From the IMG/VR virus record IMGVR_UViG_3300023714_000001: DNA of 64,000 nucleotides; one strand, written 5' to 3'. Made by a program: the position numbers and the translations under genes. The first letter of the stretch is position 1. The number at the start of each line of letters is the position of its first letter. Source of the DNA: a virus. Lineage: Duplodnaviria; Caudoviricetes. A model generated the notes under the pieces. That model did not search any database, had not been told where the DNA came from, and worked only from the letters and a program-made list of their open reading frames with translations. Shown here piece after piece: positions 39,342-52,000 of this stretch.

Positions 39342-42300
39342 ATGGCTGAAGACAAGCTTTATGAAGAAGCAAATGAAGACCTCAGTGATACACTCATAGA
39401 TTTTGGCACAGATATAGCCGCCGCAGGTGTAGCGGCGGTTTCTTTTTATCGTGCTGGCGGAGTGAGAACACTGTCAAAAAAACTCTCGGATTATAGCCAC
39501 TCCGGATTAAAAAGGGCTGTTGATGATTTTCGAGCGCTTGACTACGATCATATTAATTATCGGACGCTAAAAAAAACATACGAACAGATTCGTAATGGGA
39601 TGAGAAATTTTAAAGCTCAACCTCATGACAATCGCATTCGTTGGGAGGCAAGGCCAGGCACGCCCATAGAGCTGATCATGGAAGCTGCAAAGCTTCGAGA
39701 GTCATCACCTGTAATACAGGAAAATGCCAGATGGCAAAGAGAAGTTGTAAGGCGTATACAGAAAACCGCATATAAGAATCTGAGCGCTGCGCTGGGTGCT
39801 GCAAAGATAAAAAACAGGGACACGATAAAATTAGCGCAGGCTCAAATGGCAAAGCTCGTTGCCCATGTGGCCAGCGAAGCAAGAAAAGGACATGTAGACT
39901 TTGATACAGCAAGGCTTCAGAAAAACTTTAAGGTAACTGGTGCGGGCGGAGATTTTTATCAAAAAGTTATTGACACTGCAAAATCGCAGGCTGAAAAATT
40001 CTCCCTTAATGCAGCAAAACATAAAGGGAGAACTATTGAAAACCAGATAGCCGACAGGCTTGAAGCGGTAGAAACGCTTGAACGGGCAGCCGGAGGCAGA
40101 TACTCTGGAAATACCCTTCGCGATAAAGCATTTGGCGATGGGCTGGTAACAATCCGCGACACGCTCAGTCATGCAGATAGATTCAATGACACTGACGGCA
40201 CCTTATTTATAGGCAGTGACCATTCCGTAAAAGAAAGGTCTTTTCTAAAGGCGTTACAAGAACTCCATGAAAGAGTAAAAGCTAAAAACGATAAAGAAAT
40301 GCTTGAACGCTTTGAAAATATCGTTATAGACCCGCATCTACGTAAAACCGCTGATGGGGAAATATATTCTCTTGACCCATTGTATAAAGCAAGATACAAG
40401 GTTCTCAAAAGTCTGGCTTACACTATGCCGGGGAAAATTCTGAAGCTTGCAGATATGATGATGTCTGAGGCTACGCCGGCGTTTTATCAGTTCAAAAAAG
40501 GTACGCTTAATCCGGTGCTCGCGGCTTTTGAAGAAGGCAACACGACTAAGCGTATCATGAGTGACTACTTCTACATGGCCGGAAAAGTATTCCGGTATGA
40601 TGAAGAAAGCAACAAGTTGCTGGATGAATCCGTAAAAGAACTAGATGGCGGCACACTCTTTTCCACTAGATTTGCAGGCATGGCAAACCTGTATAAAGAC
40701 ATCAATGGTCTTAATGCTCAGCGCGTAAGACAAGACGGGTCAATAAGCAAGATTCTTGACCTTAATGCTGCACCGGGAATGAATCCGTGGGATTATCTGG
40801 CTGGATATTTTAGCGGAGAACGGGATAAAAAATATCTACCCAACGTCATTAAAGATATCAAGAGTGGGAATCTTTTTTCAACATCTGACGATATTGATGA
40901 TGTGTATGAAAGATTGTCCAGCTTAAACATCTTTTTAAATAAGAGCACAAGAGGCTTGACGCTGCCCATGCTCAGTGCTCTCGAAAATGTGGCGAGAGAA
41001 ACAGCTGCTCAGGACGGTAGAGACGCCCTTGAAATTATCAGCCTCCTAAGACTAAATAATGGTGAACAAATTCTTGACGGCGTAAAAGCCATGGTTGGGG
41101 CTCATGGCGGTACAGATGGCGCGTTTTTGAATAACCGTCTTAATCGTCTGGTAAGCAAATTTGCACGAAACGAATCCGCAACAAAGGGATCTGTCGAACT
41201 TTTAGAAGACATTTCTGGTGCTTGGACTGATGATATTTCCGCTGCCGGTGGCTTAGATTTTTATGGGCAGCTACAGAGAGAGCTGTCTAAAGAAGCGTTA
41301 ATGCGTATGGCAGAAAACTCTCGTGACGAGGCCGGCGGCTTATACAATGCGATAAAAGGTGTTATTGAAAAAAGCAGCATGTCTCACGCTGACGAGGAAG
41401 CCGCAAAAAGACTGGCCTATACGTCAATCTTGGATAATGAAACCATGAATGCGTTTACCGGCTTCGGGAAATATCAGCGTAGCGAGTATGATGTTGTCGA
41501 TCCGATAACCAACCAGTCCTTACTGGAGAGCCTTATCGCAAAATATACCACTGTTGCGGGCGGAAAAACTACGCGGGCAGGCGAACAAGATGCGTCCAGG
41601 GTTATCCAGGATATGGTTAATGATGGCCATGAATGGCAGATGCTGCATGCTAATGGACGCAACCATGAGAGTGATATACCCGAGCAGTACATTGAATCCG
41701 ACTATGCAATACTCCGCAAAAGCTCCGGGCCCTTGGAAATTCTAAAAGCCATAAATCAATCCATAACGGATAGTTCGTTAGATGCACTCAAAGATGAAGG
41801 AATGAACTTCATTAATCAGCTCAAGGCTGGCGGACATGATGCTGGGAATCTATCCAGAATGACGATGGTTCCGTATTTCTTCTTGCGGCGCTTAGGTGGA
41901 GATGATCTGCCTCCTTTTTTACAGTTTTCAAACGAGGCTCTTGATAGCACATGGGGGTTAACAAAAGCAATAGCTAAAAGAATCGCTCCTGTGGCTATCG
42001 GAGAAACTTATCTTGAGTGGGGCGACGATACTGTAGGTGCAGTTACCGGTGTCAGACCAAGTGCGGGATTCGTAAACACTCTGGATTACATGGATATTGG
42101 CGCGAGGACTATGCTGGATATGACCGGGATAGGTGGCTTTCTTGAAAGCGAATCTTATGTCAATCCTATCATGCAATATTGGGGTGGCCGGGATGGCTAT
42201 TATGATGCCGACGAAGAACGTGATTTTATTGCCAATGGATATGAAGCGGTAAGGCGCGGACGCTATTGGTCATTTGGTTCGGTAAATGAGTTCCGTGGTT

Positions 42301-45300
42301 CAACAGTCGAGTATTATCAGCCAACACTTACCAGACGACTTAATAGTGACTACTACAACAAATCATTGTATAGTGGTTATTGGGATAAATGGGGGCATTC
42401 TCTGTTACCTACGCCAACAGCACCATTTTCCCCGCTCGTTTATTTAATGGACCCGTACTATCTCGAGGAAGAGCATAAGGAAGATCGCCCATATACGGTT
42501 TCCGGCACAATGTTTGATAAAGAAACTCCTTGGGGTATCGTCCTTAATCCTACAATCGGTGAACTTGTAAAACCGGTTGTTAAGATGAACCAGGATAGGC
42601 TGACGGATGACGGGCAGGATGTAAAAGCCATTATCTATGGTATAAACCAGCATATCCGTGATACTGCTCAGGGTGACCACGCATACGCCATGGTATTTGA
42701 CCGCGAACAGATTACCGCCGGCGAATATACTTCATACGCATCTCCCTCACTTGGCCAGTATAATATCCGTATTGGTAAGGATCGTGGGGAGCAGATGCGT
42801 CAGGAGCAGCTTGATGCTCTTGGCGGGCCGATGGAACCAGAGCGCCGCGAAACTCTTTATGAAGGCGGCGGTTCTGGTGATGGCTCTGGTGGCGGCGGAT
42901 TTGGATTCGGCGGTTCTGGCGGCGGAGGTTCTTTTGGCGGGCAATACCCGCTTGACCTTTTGGGACAGACAAACCGAAAAATATACGTAGCTGCCGCCCG
43001 CAATGAAAACAAAGGCGGCATGATCACCACCGACTATATTCGCCATAGTAAAGTAGACGAAATCCTCGGCAACGAAGATATAGGTGACCTGATTAACGCC
43101 GGAGCTGGTGGCGATCTTGTTCACGAGACAGCTCAGTCGCTAAGATTAATTGGCGGTATCTATGGTTATGGCGCAAACAGAGCGTTTGGATTCGGCGAGC
43201 GTGATGGAAAGCAAATTGCAGATGCCGGAGACATTGACTCTTTTAGTCGTTCATTCTGGGATGAATCCGTTGGTGGTATTGGCGGCGGCGTAGCAGAAAT
43301 TGGGCGTCGTTTTATCCCGGAATACAGGCGAAACATTCGCGTCAATCCGCTCTTAAATACGATGCCAGATTGGCTTCCAGAGAAGCTAAGATTCGGGGAC
43401 CCGTATACGCAATTGCCTAAAGGAGAGGCTCGCCTTCCCGGCAAAGGGTATGAGGCGTTAAATGAATTACACCCGGACTCCTATGGAATTTATGGCAGCT
43501 ACGACCGTTATAAGATTTTGGCTGACGTCGCTCCAAATTCAACAGAGTTTAAGGTCTGGAAAAAGATTGCGAACGCTACAGTTACCGACCCCGCTCTAAA
43601 AAAGGACATGGAAAAAATCCAAGAGCGCGTGAATGAACAAAACAAACAGCACGATTTTTACGACTATCGGATTCTCGGCAAAGACGTGGATTATCAGGAT
43701 GCTATTATCCAAGAGGTCAACAAGGATGGTTCATTCCGCATTCGTGGGTCGAATAGATTATTAACTCTTGCAGGCATTGAGTTTGATAAAACGACCGCGA
43801 TGAGTGGGGCTGGTAATCAGATTATGGCCAAGTATTTACATCCCGGCCAGAGTGTAACCATCGCAACAGATTCGAATGAGTATAACAGAGACAATCCTGA
43901 CGGCACAAATAATGGGGAAGGCACTGTAAACGCAGCGGTATTTGTTGATGGTGAAAGTGTCAGTGAGCTTTTACTTAATGAACACAAGGACGTAATCAAA
44001 AAGAAAAAAGACCATCTTAATGCTGCGGACGTATATGCCCTAACAAGTACATTTGACCGCGTGCTTGGCGGTGCTGCAGAGATTGTTGCTCATGCCGACC
44101 TGCCGTTAATCCATGATCGATGGTTGCGTGTAAGAAGCCCGCTTGAATCGTATAACGCAGAACAAGTATACGGCACGCCATACCAAACATGGTCAGATGT
44201 GTGGGGAACGTATATCCAACCGGCTATGGAGAGGGCAGTGTCGGATCATTGGGGTGTAATCCGTGGTGCCGCAGAATGGTTCGCTCTAAATAACTTGCAG
44301 GCCAGAGAAGGTATTGGTAAAACAAAGAAAATGCTGCTATCTGGAGCGGCTGCGCTAATGGATAGAGGGGCATTTATTGGCAGTAGTATTGCTACGTTCT
44401 TCCGTCCTGGTGATGGCGAATTATTCCAGAAAGGCGGTAAGATAGGCTTAGGATTGTCGCTCCTTGGCAATCTGTATACCAGTGCGCAGTCAAGTCCAAC
44501 AGAAGCAGCCGCGAGCTATGCCACGGTTGGCTGGATGGCTGCAGATGTGCTGGATACAGAAAAAGAAAAATTCACCAAAGCGCTTAGCGGTTCTATAGAG
44601 AAGTTTTTCCGAAATGAAGAATCGTGGAAGTTTAGAACAAAAGGTGCGTTTATCGGCGCGGCTGCCGGCGTGGCCATGTCTGGCTTATTTGGCCCATCGC
44701 TTGAAAGTGGAGAGCGTGCCCATTGGACTCCGGACAGGATAAAACAAAAGTGGGAACTTGAAGATTACTTTGACCGCCTGACATATATAAAATATACGGG
44801 GCTCTATAACCGCGCAGCAGAACTTGCCAAGAGCGAAGAAGGCACGGATGTAAAGAAGATTTTCGATGATTATGAAGAATGGAGCGATTGGCGCCGCGAA
44901 ATTATGCAGGACTCGGACGTAAACAACACCGAGTTCACCCATCTAGCCAAGAAGAGAATCCAGCGAGCATTAGATGGTCTTCATGATGAAATCTTCGGCA
45001 GTAATGATGAGAATAACCATCGTTTTGAATATAGCAATGGCTTTTCGATAAACGATCTGCCGGGTGTCCGTAATGGTGTATTCCATTCTGAAGAAGTATC
45101 CGAGGAAGAACGGCTTTATACACTGAATGCTTTGGTAACGATGGGAGTCCGATACAATAAACCGGGCACGTCGCGCACTCAGGAAGATCGTGACATGAGC
45201 CAGCTCAGAGAATTTGAGCGCGTGTATGGGACTAAAATTCCCGACTACTATCAGGTGCATCACATTGTAGAGTTCTCAGAAAACGGTGCGGATGACCCAT

Positions 45301-46037
45301 CTAATATGATTGCTCTTAACCCGGACGATCATCAGTATATCACCGAACAGCAAAAGAAAATCTCAGAAGGCGATTTTACTGCTGCTGAAATCGGCGCAAG
45401 AACTGCAATGCGTATCGGCGAATATGGACGGGCGGCACTGCTCTACAAGAAGGCCGCGGAATCCACTATGTATGGTTTGCGGGCGGATGCTAGGTGGACA
45501 GATGTTGTAAAAGCCTTGCCGAAATACGAGCGAGATTATTTCACTGAGTTCATGCGTGAAAACGATCCTGAAAAGCGCGAGGAAATTCTGCAGACCGTAT
45601 CGCCATTTTTAAGGCGAGCATTGAAGCAGGTCTGGAAGATGGACTACGAATCTGATAAAGGACCGGACAATGAAGAATATTTTCAGAGTCATAATCTGCC
45701 AAACTTCCAGTGGGAAGGGTGGGATCCGGATTCTGACTTGAACAAGGTAAAAGCAAAGACCATCAAAAACGAAGGCATGCTTTTCTCCGATTTTGGAATA
45801 TACGAATCTACGTATCGTGACCAAGAAGTTATCAATGCGCCAAATCTATCACCTAAAGGTGGAGACGATCCGATAACGGTACAGGCAAATCTGCAGGCAA
45901 CTTTGTCTGGTTTGGGGCTTATGGGTGTCGAAGTTTCTGTCGAGCCAAAGTCCACAAAGGGTATTACCTCGGTAATTAACGTCACGAAGGTAACATCGTA
46001 TAAGCTGGGAGAAACGGTTGATAACCTATTCTCCTGA
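39342..46037 (+). CDS. Giant virion protein (tape-measure position) with degenerate SNase-like and HNH domains
   Basis: 2231 aa after the chaperones; RLLTLAGIEF...AAVFVDGESVSELL; VHHIVEFSENGADDPSNMIALNPDDH. Confidence 0.65.
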   Translation: MAEDKLYEEANEDLSDTLIDFGTDIAAAGVAAVSFYRAGGVRTLSKKLSDYSHSGLKRAVDDFRALDYDHINYRTLKKTYEQIRNGMRNFKAQPHDNRIRWEARPGTPIELIMEAAKLRESSPVIQENARWQREVVRRIQKTAYKNLSAALGAAKIKNRDTIKLAQAQMAKLVAHVASEARKGHVDFDTARLQKNFKVTGAGGDFYQKVIDTAKSQAEKFSLNAAKHKGRTIENQIADRLEAVETLERAAGGRYSGNTLRDKAFGDGLVTIRDTLSHADRFNDTDGTLFIGSDHSVKERSFLKALQELHERVKAKNDKEMLERFENIVIDPHLRKTADGEIYSLDPLYKARYKVLKSLAYTMPGKILKLADMMMSEATPAFYQFKKGTLNPVLAAFEEGNTTKRIMSDYFYMAGKVFRYDEESNKLLDESVKELDGGTLFSTRFAGMANLYKDINGLNAQRVRQDGSISKILDLNAAPGMNPWDYLAGYFSGERDKKYLPNVIKDIKSGNLFSTSDDIDDVYERLSSLNIFLNKSTRGLTLPMLSALENVARETAAQDGRDALEIISLLRLNNGEQILDGVKAMVGAHGGTDGAFLNNRLNRLVSKFARNESATKGSVELLEDISGAWTDDISAAGGLDFYGQLQRELSKEALMRMAENSRDEAGGLYNAIKGVIEKSSMSHADEEAAKRLAYTSILDNETMNAFTGFGKYQRSEYDVVDPITNQSLLESLIAKYTTVAGGKTTRAGEQDASRVIQDMVNDGHEWQMLHANGRNHESDIPEQYIESDYAILRKSSGPLEILKAINQSITDSSLDALKDEGMNFINQLKAGGHDAGNLSRMTMVPYFFLRRLGGDDLPPFLQFSNEALDSTWGLTKAIAKRIAPVAIGETYLEWGDDTVGAVTGVRPSAGFVNTLDYMDIGARTMLDMTGIGGFLESESYVNPIMQYWGGRDGYYDADEERDFIANGYEAVRRGRYWSFGSVNEFRGSTVEYYQPTLTRRLNSDYYNKSLYSGYWDKWGHSLLPTPTAPFSPLVYLMDPYYLEEEHKEDRPYTVSGTMFDKETPWGIVLNPTIGELVKPVVKMNQDRLTDDGQDVKAIIYGINQHIRDTAQGDHAYAMVFDREQITAGEYTSYASPSLGQYNIRIGKDRGEQMRQEQLDALGGPMEPERRETLYEGGGSGDGSGGGGFGFGGSGGGGSFGGQYPLDLLGQTNRKIYVAAARNENKGGMITTDYIRHSKVDEILGNEDIGDLINAGAGGDLVHETAQSLRLIGGIYGYGANRAFGFGERDGKQIADAGDIDSFSRSFWDESVGGIGGGVAEIGRRFIPEYRRNIRVNPLLNTMPDWLPEKLRFGDPYTQLPKGEARLPGKGYEALNELHPDSYGIYGSYDRYKILADVAPNSTEFKVWKKIANATVTDPALKKDMEKIQERVNEQNKQHDFYDYRILGKDVDYQDAIIQEVNKDGSFRIRGSNRLLTLAGIEFDKTTAMSGAGNQIMAKYLHPGQSVTIATDSNEYNRDNPDGTNNGEGTVNAAVFVDGESVSELLLNEHKDVIKKKKDHLNAADVYALTSTFDRVLGGAAEIVAHADLPLIHDRWLRVRSPLESYNAEQVYGTPYQTWSDVWGTYIQPAMERAVSDHWGVIRGAAEWFALNNLQAREGIGKTKKMLLSGAAALMDRGAFIGSSIATFFRPGDGELFQKGGKIGLGLSLLGNLYTSAQSSPTEAAASYATVGWMAADVLDTEKEKFTKALSGSIEKFFRNEESWKFRTKGAFIGAAAGVAMSGLFGPSLESGERAHWTPDRIKQKWELEDYFDRLTYIKYTGLYNRAAELAKSEEGTDVKKIFDDYEEWSDWRREIMQDSDVNNTEFTHLAKKRIQRALDGLHDEIFGSNDENNHRFEYSNGFSINDLPGVRNGVFHSEEVSEEERLYTLNALVTMGVRYNKPGTSRTQEDRDMSQLREFERVYGTKIPDYYQVHHIVEFSENGADDPSNMIALNPDDHQYITEQQKKISEGDFTAAEIGARTAMRIGEYGRAALLYKKAAESTMYGLRADARWTDVVKALPKYERDYFTEFMRENDPEKREEILQTVSPFLRRALKQVWKMDYESDKGPDNEEYFQSHNLPNFQWEGWDPDSDLNKVKAKTIKNEGMLFSDFGIYESTYRDQEVINAPNLSPKGGDDPITVQANLQATLSGLGLMGVEVSVEPKSTKGITSVINVTKVTSYKLGETVDNLFS

Positions 46038-46047
46038 GTAATTTTTG

Positions 46048-46076
46048 ACGACTGTAATCTTGCAGTCGTCTTTTTG
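46048..46076 (+). terminator. Intrinsic terminator
   Basis: gacgactg...cagtcgtc followed by T-run. Confidence 0.7.
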
Positions 46077-46093
46077 TTTTAGGAGAATAATTA

Positions 46094-49000
46094 ATGGCAA
46101 ATAACATTTATTCCAACCGGGCGACATCCCGACTTGCAAATAGAGAAAGACAGAATCGGGCGGCAGAAGACCGTTTAATTAAAAGAAGCAGTCAACAATA
46201 TTTAGAAGAGCTTAGGCAGTACAATGAAGACAAAAAGGCTTCAAAAAGTGTGACTGACAATTCGTTGGTGAAGCCGGTATTTCAGCACCCAATAGACTTA
46301 GAGATAGAACTTGAGATCTTAAATAACCAAGCGCTGATTCCATCCATGTCTAGAATTGCTAATTTTGACTGGGCGGGCGCAAATGCAGTTTATGGGGCGC
46401 TCCCAAAGCGCTTTAATGAGCGAGGGGAAGTAAGTACTGAAGTAGCAAATATATATGAACAAAAATTCCTGCCCGTAGTGGGAGAGCTGTTAAATAGCGT
46501 ACAATCCCCTACACAGTTAAGCACGGTGCAATCTGGTGATGAGCTATTAAAACGCACAATCATTCAGGATGCCCAGCTTAACTATGCCTTCAATTACAAT
46601 GCCCTTGTAAAAACGAATATGCAAAAACAAAAGAAAGTTGTTGAGCATATCCAGAAAACCGGGAAATTTATTGAGTATGACCTCGAGGGTATTGGAAACG
46701 ATATAACTGAATTCTCCTTTATTGAATTTGACACCAAGGCCAAGACCGGCACGCCGGTAAAGAAATGGATGACCGGCCTTACTGGTGTTAATCCGGAAAC
46801 CGCAAAAGAACTTCAGTCATTAATTGACGATTATAGACAGTTCGGTTTCAAACATGGTGACCAGAAAAATGGTGTATCTGAAGCAGATCGTTACAAACTG
46901 GAAGCCATTGCTAAACGTGGGCATAAAAAGACGGTTGTAGAAAATAAGGATGGCATTAACATCCTTAAAAGTTATGCTGTTAACGAAGACGTTTTGATTC
47001 CGCAGGTCGAAGATTTAGAGCGCGGTCTGCAAGGGCTCATTGATGACTATAATGTCATCCACAGTGCAAAACCCAAAACATATAGTTTCGACGGGAGACA
47101 GTACCAACTCTATCGCGACGACTATATGATGCTACGCATGCTTTACGACGCAAAAAAACGCAATATAGCTCTGTCAGGTCTCAACGTTTTTGGTTACGAT
47201 AACGCCCAGATAAACCGCAAATTCAACCAGGCTACTGGTGACGCATATTTGCTATGGAAGCAGATAACCGGCACGGGCGACATGAACGACGCATTCCTCA
47301 TTATGGATAAAACAATGATCCATCGTGAGAAAAACGACCCCGCAAAAATTCTGGCAAATGTTAACGGCGCTCTCGAAGATATCGCGGCGAATCCGGGGAA
47401 TACATTAAATACATCCCGGGGGCAGCAGGCAAGATACGGTAATATGATTGACCCGGCAACCGGGAAAATCATAAATGGCCCCGACCGTTACCAGCAGATG
47501 ATGCATGAGCTGTTTAATGGCGTAATCTATGCGCAGCACGCAGCTTTCTCGGATACAGCTATTCAAGGCTTCACAACTATTGATATGCTGAAGGACAGCT
47601 CTTTTACGGCTACAGTAAAAGATGAGAACGGGAAGAATATAGCAAACCCTGATTATATATTCAGCGATAGCAAAATGGAACCCGAAAGACTCGCTAAGGC
47701 CGGGGATATCTTTTATGTCCAAAAGGGTGTTATGGGGAATACCGCTGCTGGCGGCATGAGCTTCGTTGTTGATGGATTATCTGGCGATATAAGATTCGAT
47801 GGAGTAAGATTCGATGCTCAGGGGAAACTCCTGACAAAAGAGAATCTGGTAGCGCCGGCGCTAAAGAGTAATACTTATGCCATGCTTGCTGGCGTAAAAG
47901 AGATATCTGTTGACAGCGCTATCGGCAGAGAATATGGAAAAATCAAAGGCACAGCCGGGGCGGAAAATCTCGTAGCCTTGATGTTTTATCAGTATGGCGA
48001 GGCATATAAAGGAGACGCCGAAGGAAAATTAAAGGACTTAAATGTCTGGGTAGGCACAAAAACCGAAGCGGAAGAATTTCTAGGTTCTAACCCATATGTA
48101 GGTTCTGTTGTCCCCAAAAGCACTCCAAAGACACTCGAAGATTGGCGCACCATATCTTCGACAAATAGGCATACTGATACAACAGGAGTATCTTCTTCTG
48201 TAAATGAAAAATTTGGCAAGAGGCATGAAGATGGCTCTATAGCAGGCTTAAATGAGGCTGTAAAAGAATCTAACATAACAAAGCAGCGGGATTCTGCAAG
48301 TAATTGGCTCCGCAGCCTTAGTTACAAAAAAGCGAAAGCTGCGCATGAGTACATAACAAAGCTGAATAATGATCTGAGCAAAGCTATGACTTCCCGCAAT
48401 ATAACTGGTGGGATTTCCGAATTTGCAATACAGCAATTAAGTGCGTTTGCTGGCAATAGAAAAGCTCTTCTTAGCGAGTACAGCATGTTTGAGCAAAAAG
48501 AAGGTGCTGAGGTCTTAACCCAGACTATTGCGAATGCTACTTATTCTGCTGGATATCTTGATAAGGTAAAAGACATACTGAACGAGTCCTTAAAGCTGAC
48601 GGAAAAGCTGGCCGGCCCAAATGCGGATAAAGCTGTCAAAGATCAGTACTTTACGCAAATTTATGAACATGCTTTGGCGGTATTAGCGGAAGAAACAGGG
48701 GCTTATACGCCGGCACAAGCATATGGCCAGGCAGCTTCCGGTCAGCTTAGAACCGGCAAACAGGCTCGCTCAGTTTTGCTTGACATCTCCAGTATTGCTC
48801 CAACAAAATTTAATAATAGTTCAGGCCTTAACAGCCAAACTGGGATGTTTTTTGAGATTGATCCTCACGAGACAGAACCGCACTGGGTAGCTAGGCTGGC
48901 GAAAATGCTCGGAACTGAAAATAAAGCCGTAGCCGTACGCAAGCTAGGCGCTCTGATTTCCAAGCAATATGGAGAAATAAGCGGTATCAAGAATCTCTCT

Positions 49001-52000
49001 CGTGATCTTGCTAATATGCCTGCGGAGCCATCGGCGCTGATGTTGAGAGTTAATCAGGCGTTAAGAGTTATACAGAAAAAACGCCCAGAGGTTCTGAAAG
49101 TACCAGAAACAAAATACCTGGATACAGTGAATGGGCCCGCATCTATTGACGTCTTTAATAGTCTTTCCGAAAAAGAGCAGAAACCTATTAAAAAGAAGAT
49201 GTATGATACCAGCGGCATCCAAAAAGTTGCCAAGGGCAGTGCAGATATTGAAGATCTTGTAAGGAAAATTACAGAATCTATTTTTGCGCCAACAAGCCAG
49301 TTCGATATGAATGGTAACAAAGTCACTGATGCTGCACGAAGTGAATTAATCGCGCATGGATATTCCTCATGGGAAGCAGAGGAGATGATTCGTGACCGTG
49401 ACAAGCGTATAGGGGCAACAAAGAGATATCTGCGTAACGCGTTAACACCGATTCTGAGTTCAAACAATCAGGTAACGTACAGGTTCGATTCGGACAGAAT
49501 GCGGCTTGAGCTCATTGACGCAGCAAGTGGCGGCAGCACGTTTGATATCTCCAATCTGCTGCCGATGGAACACTATGATTCCAAGACTGGCCGCTTTTAT
49601 ACGCAGTTTGGCAACTCTCAGATTGCCACATTAAAAACTCTTGGGCGAAGTGTTGATGAAAATGGTGTGGCCGGAGCTTTTGAATTACGCAGTCAGATTG
49701 ATGTTGCGGCAGACCATTTAGCGCAATTTGCAAGATACGCGAACAATGCAGGACGCACAGCAAGTGAGAATATCGGTACGCTGCAGTGGGTAATGAAAAA
49801 AGCAGTCGAGCTTATTCGTCCGGACAGTGTAACAAGGTATGATCACCAGGATAAGCGTTTCGGGTTAATGCTTGACTTTATGCCGCTCGTAAAAGAGTTT
49901 GGCTACTTTAAACGTCTTGGCGCGTTTGACGAACTAAACCTTAGCGAAGGCACGCTAAAAGCTTTGAACTCGATGGCCACACGGCTTGAAAAAGAGAACG
50001 GGGAAACAGAGTTCGGGAAAATAAAAGCCCTAAAAGATGTAAAGCCGGATGAACTCGAAGCCATTTATAAAGACTTCGATACCATTTTCGGTGCCTTAGC
50101 AGAAGATAGTAAGTTTTCACAAGCTGTATTTGGCAATCTGCCACAAAACAAAAAAGAATACGCACAATCCAGATTGGCTCATATCAACAGGCATGCCGTC
50201 AAAGATCCGAGCAGGGCGCTGGCTTCATTTACAAACACGGGGTATGACGCAACGGCTTTCGCTGGCAAAGATAATCGTTCCGTAACTGTTGCTACGGCCA
50301 GAGCTCGGACGATGGATGTAGACAGCTTCTTACGTGAAGATGAGAGCCGAAAAGAGCTTGTCCGTGGCGGCAGGATTCTCCTTACCGAAGCTGAAGAAGC
50401 CGACATAACGCATGGGCGCTACGGAACCATTCGTACGAGAGCACTGAATATCGATACTTCGGTTTACGAGTCTGTGATTGCCGCCCGCCTTGAAGACGAA
50501 GCAAGTGGTAAGGTTCAAAAGGTATTATCCAGCCTTAAAGATTCGGACGAAGTAGTCCGCTTCTTAAACGAGAACGGCTCAATAGCCAATCCGCGGCTTC
50601 TGCATTTATTCCCGAAGAATATTAACCAGAAACACCTGACGGATGGCCTTATTGATATAGATGAACTCCAAGGCACTGCAACTATAGAGGCAATAGAAAA
50701 CGAGAAGAAGGTTCGTCGTGCCACAGAAGAAGTGGTAGAGCTTGTCCGGGAAGCGGATAAAGTCGCCTTCAAATATGCGGCTGATGGTCGCGGCTGGGAA
50801 TATGTCCAGCGCGGCGATATTATTGCCTGGGATAAAAGCTACGCCGGTACTCCGTCAAAAGTACGAGCAGAGCGAGAAGGATATCTTTATAAGCGCTACT
50901 TCATGGGAGGACGTGAAGTAGATGAAGCCGAAATTAATGATGTACTCAATAAGCATTTTGACAAATTCAAAGAGTATGGCAGGGGTGCATCTTCTAAAAC
51001 CAATGCTGAAATCAGGCAAATAGCGGCAGAAGTTTTATCCGGAGAAGGGTACACGCTCCGCTACATTGTTAAGTCTGGAGACGCTCTGGGATATCAGAAG
51101 CTCATAGACAATAAAGAAAAAGCCGTAAACGACTTTTTACTGGCCGGTCTCGGTGAAGCTGATGAAGACATTAAAAAGCTTTTAGTCCCCAAAGAAGACG
51201 GCGTGGCGAAAAAAGTTCTTCGTCCGTCACCAGAGGCCCTGAAGGATATCGAGCATTTTAATGCTTATCTGGAAGCGAATGGGTACCGAGCAATTGACAA
51301 AAAATCTATTGCGGATTGGGGCGAATTTAAGAAAAAGGTTATCGCCGAACAGTCGGTTAAATTTGATGCGGTAACACAATCGTTACAAGACGCTGGCTTT
51401 GTAGATAAGGACACAATCAAAAACGGCGTGAATCGCCTCGGTATTGTCAGCACGGCAATGCTTGAACAAATGAAAGGTTCACACCGGGAAAATGACCGTA
51501 TCGAATCTCGTGTTGCCGATGCAATCGACGCATATGCTAGAGCAATAGAAGCTGGCGAAAAAGCTAAGGCTGAAGCAAAAGGAGTTGAGTATGCCGGTTC
51601 TTTTGAAGCGGCATACCAAAAAGCATCCGAAGAGATCCTTGGCCAATTGCAGCAGAAAGCTGTATTTAAGGACAGAGACGGCAATAATCTTCTCGCCGAT
51701 TTGGACTTGTCAGCTGAAAGAAAATATGACGGCATTGTCCTTAGCAATGATTTGTACACCGTCGATATTAACAAGCTGGATAAAATCGTTGGCCAATATG
51801 TAAAGGAAAACCGCGTTACGGCGGATGGTGTTAGCGAAAGTGTTCGAAAAGCAATAGCTTCTTCCATCGAGTACAACGCCGGTGTAGAGATGGATAAGAA
51901 GGAATCGGCGTTCAGGGAAGGCCGCCTATCGCAAGAAGCATACGATAAAGCAAAGGACGATTTCCAGGATCAAATAAAAAAGGCTGAAAGAGTTGCCGGC

